A stretch of 63,433 bases of DNA, the filler included, from Octopus bimaculoides (lineage: Eukaryota), in assembly GCF_001194135.2 (NCBI RefSeq). It is 4 parts of 4 records of this genome, joined end to end, with 100 filler letters (N's around TTAATTAATTAA, not from the genome) between each part and the next. Parts side by side here need not be neighbours in the genome. Positions count along the whole stretch, not along the records: positions 61,019 to 63,433 come from NW_026297171.1; 3 more parts are not named here. One strand, 5' to 3'. Of the stretch, positions 61,624-63,433 are shown piece after piece (within the stretch, counting starts at the first letter, position 1; the number at the start of each line of letters is the position of its first letter). Both the position numbers and the translations under genes were made by a program. The notes beneath the pieces were generated by a model. It made no database searches, was not told where the DNA came from, and saw nothing but the letters and a program-made list of their open reading frames with translations.

Positions 61624-61873
61624 AGGCAACTACTAAAAATGCAACAACAGAAACAATAAAAACAAGGTTTCAGAATTAGTGTATCACTAATCCATTCCTA
61701 AGTCTATATCTAGAAGTTTTTTAGTGTTTATGTATAGACAAGTACATTCAGAAACCATAAATACATCTTTAGAGACCAACGTGTGGGAGCGTAATATGAT
61801 CGATGCGAAGATATTACATATTTAAAATTATATCGTCAATGAAATACTATAAGAGAAGACCGATTTAACTTAC

Positions 61874-61945
61874 AGACTTGTTAAACTGGACAAATGTCGG
61901 AAGGCTCCTTCTGCGATATTTTTGATATTGTTATCGTTCAAAATC
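61874..61945 (-). CDS. Single leucine-rich-repeat exon of an LRR protein (partial gene)
   Basis: gtttccag|G ATT...AGT CT|gtaagt, 72 nt, phase 2-2. Translates ILNDNNIKNIAEGAFRHLSSLTSL, a 24-aa typical LRR (LxLxxNxIxxIxxxxFxxLxxL). Confidence 0.85.
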
Positions 61946-62039
61946 CTGGAAACATAAAATTCAGTTAAATACATTTATGGAACTTATTTGTGACAGAATA
62001 TTAAATAGTAAGAGTAAATAATTAGATGATGGATGAGAT

Positions 62040-62585
62040 GAAAAGTGGATTACAACTATGATTATGTTGATGATGATGATAGTGTTAACGTTAGGTGGCG
62101 AGTAGTGACGAATATAACCATGAAACAAAGGAGAGAAATATATGGTGGTTGTGTTAATGACGAAGATGTGATTGGTGCTAATGTTGGGGTTGATGTTGTT
62201 AATGTTGATTATTTTGATAATGATGGGGATTTGCATGTTTATAGTGATGATGAACATGATATTGATGTTGATGACGTTGGTAGTGAAGTTTCTGTTGTCG
62301 GTGATGCTGATAATGATGCTGATATCGATTGTGGAAATGAAGAAGAACAAAAGAGAAACAAGAAAATGAAGAAGAATCGGAAGACGAGAGGAAGAATTTC
62401 AAACAAAGATGACGGTAATGTAGAAACATTAGTTGAAAAAGAAAGAAAAGAGTAAAACGGAGAAGATGGGAAAGATGTAGAAGGAGACGAAGACGAAGAA
62501 GAAAAAAAATGATGATGGTGATGATGATGATGATGATGATGACGAAGTGGAAGTAGATTCGAAACAATGCGAAGAAATAGAGATA

Positions 62586-62652
<67 letters not shown>

Positions 62653-63433
62653 AAGAAGAAGAAGAAGAAGAAGAAGAAGAAGAAGAAGAAGAAACTGAAA
62701 AACAAACCCGAAAGAGGAAGTTATGGAAGAAGAAGAAGAAAAGGAAGAAGAATAAGAAGAAAAAGAAGAAAAAGAAGAAGAAGAAGAAGAAGAAGAAGAA
62801 GAAGAAGAAGGAGGAGGAGGAGGAGGAGGAGGAGGAGGAAGAAGAGGAAGAGGAGGAGGAGAAGGAGGAGAAAAAGAAAAAGAAGAAGAAGAAGAAGAAG
62901 AAGTAGAAGAAGAAGAGGAAGAAGAGGAAAAAGAAGAAGAAGAAGAAGAAAAAGAAGAAGACGACGACGACGATGACGACGAAGAAGAAGAAGAAAAAGA
63001 AAAAGGAGAATAGGTAGAAGAAGAATAAGAAGAAGAAGAAAAAGAAGAAAAAGAAGAAGAAGAAAAGAAGAAGAAAAAGAAGAAAAAGAAGAAGAAGAAA
63101 AAGAAGAAAAAGAAGAAAAGAAGAAGAAGAAAAAGGATGAGAAGAAGAAGAAGATGAAGAAGAACAACAACAACAAAGACAAGAAGAAAAAGAAGAAAAA
63201 GAAGAATAAGAAGAAAAAGAAGAACAAGGAGAAGAAGAAGAGGAAGAAGGAGAAGAAGAAGAAGAAAAAGAAGATGAAGAAGAAGAAGTAGAAGAAGAAG
63301 AAGAAGAAGAAGAAGAAGAAGAAGAAGAGGAAAACGAAGAAGAAGAAGAAGACGGCGACGACGACGACGACGACGACGAAGATGAAGAAGAAGAAGAAGA
63401 AAAGGAAAAAGAAGAAGAAGAAGAAGAAGAAGA
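62040..63433. repeat. Low-complexity trinucleotide region: degenerate GAT/GTT, (AAT)n, then a long GAA/GAG/GAC purine-rich tract
   Basis: Directly visible; from about 62620 the + strand is almost entirely purine. Confidence 0.95.

Noticed and set aside
10172-61945. A functional cluster linking the RPTP, NOL6 and the LRR exons
   Set aside because: The genes lie on different pieces separated by synthetic linkers; adjacency is not evidence of linkage.
62045-62455. Asp/Val-rich 136-aa ORF and the Phe/Leu-rich antisense ORFs to 63227
   Set aside because: Degenerate trinucleotide repeats; no splice signals or domain pattern.

Overview
AT-rich, intron-rich animal genomic DNA, almost certainly cephalopod and probably an Octopus draft assembly (inferred from tRNA-derived SINE families, an RTE tail and very dense microsatellites). 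Roughly 10 kb is N. Three identical 100-bp spacers (44 N + TTAATTAATTAA + 44 N, at 27874-27973, 36895-36994 and 60919-61018) show that four separately assembled pieces were joined here, so neighbourhood across those joins is not trustworthy. Piece A (1-27873) has three + strand exons encoding an EGF-like repeat and an F-type (fucose-binding) lectin domain. They face eight - strand exons of a receptor-type tyrosine phosphatase cytoplasmic region (juxtamembrane, D1, one D2 exon), whose D1 motifs are unusually diverged (KNRY->KNQC, QGP->QGA, HCSAGxGR->HCCDGVGR, WPD intact). Piece B (27974-36894) is almost entirely transposon debris: CR1/L2-type LINE, mariner, R4/Dong-type RLE, maT, a 148-bp inverted duplication, a complete 91-bp Helitron and a pre-miRNA-like hairpin. 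Piece C (36995-60918) holds 15 in-frame - strand exons (749 codons) of NOL6/Nrap/Utp22, including a GC-AG intron; the gene is cut off at the join. Piece D (61019-63433) has two tandemly duplicated 72-nt LRR exons, one with a GA instead of GT donor, followed by a long GAA-type purine tract. Almost none of the supplied ORF track is real; the true exons were found by reading splice sites. No CRISPR array, rRNA or authentic tRNA gene was found.
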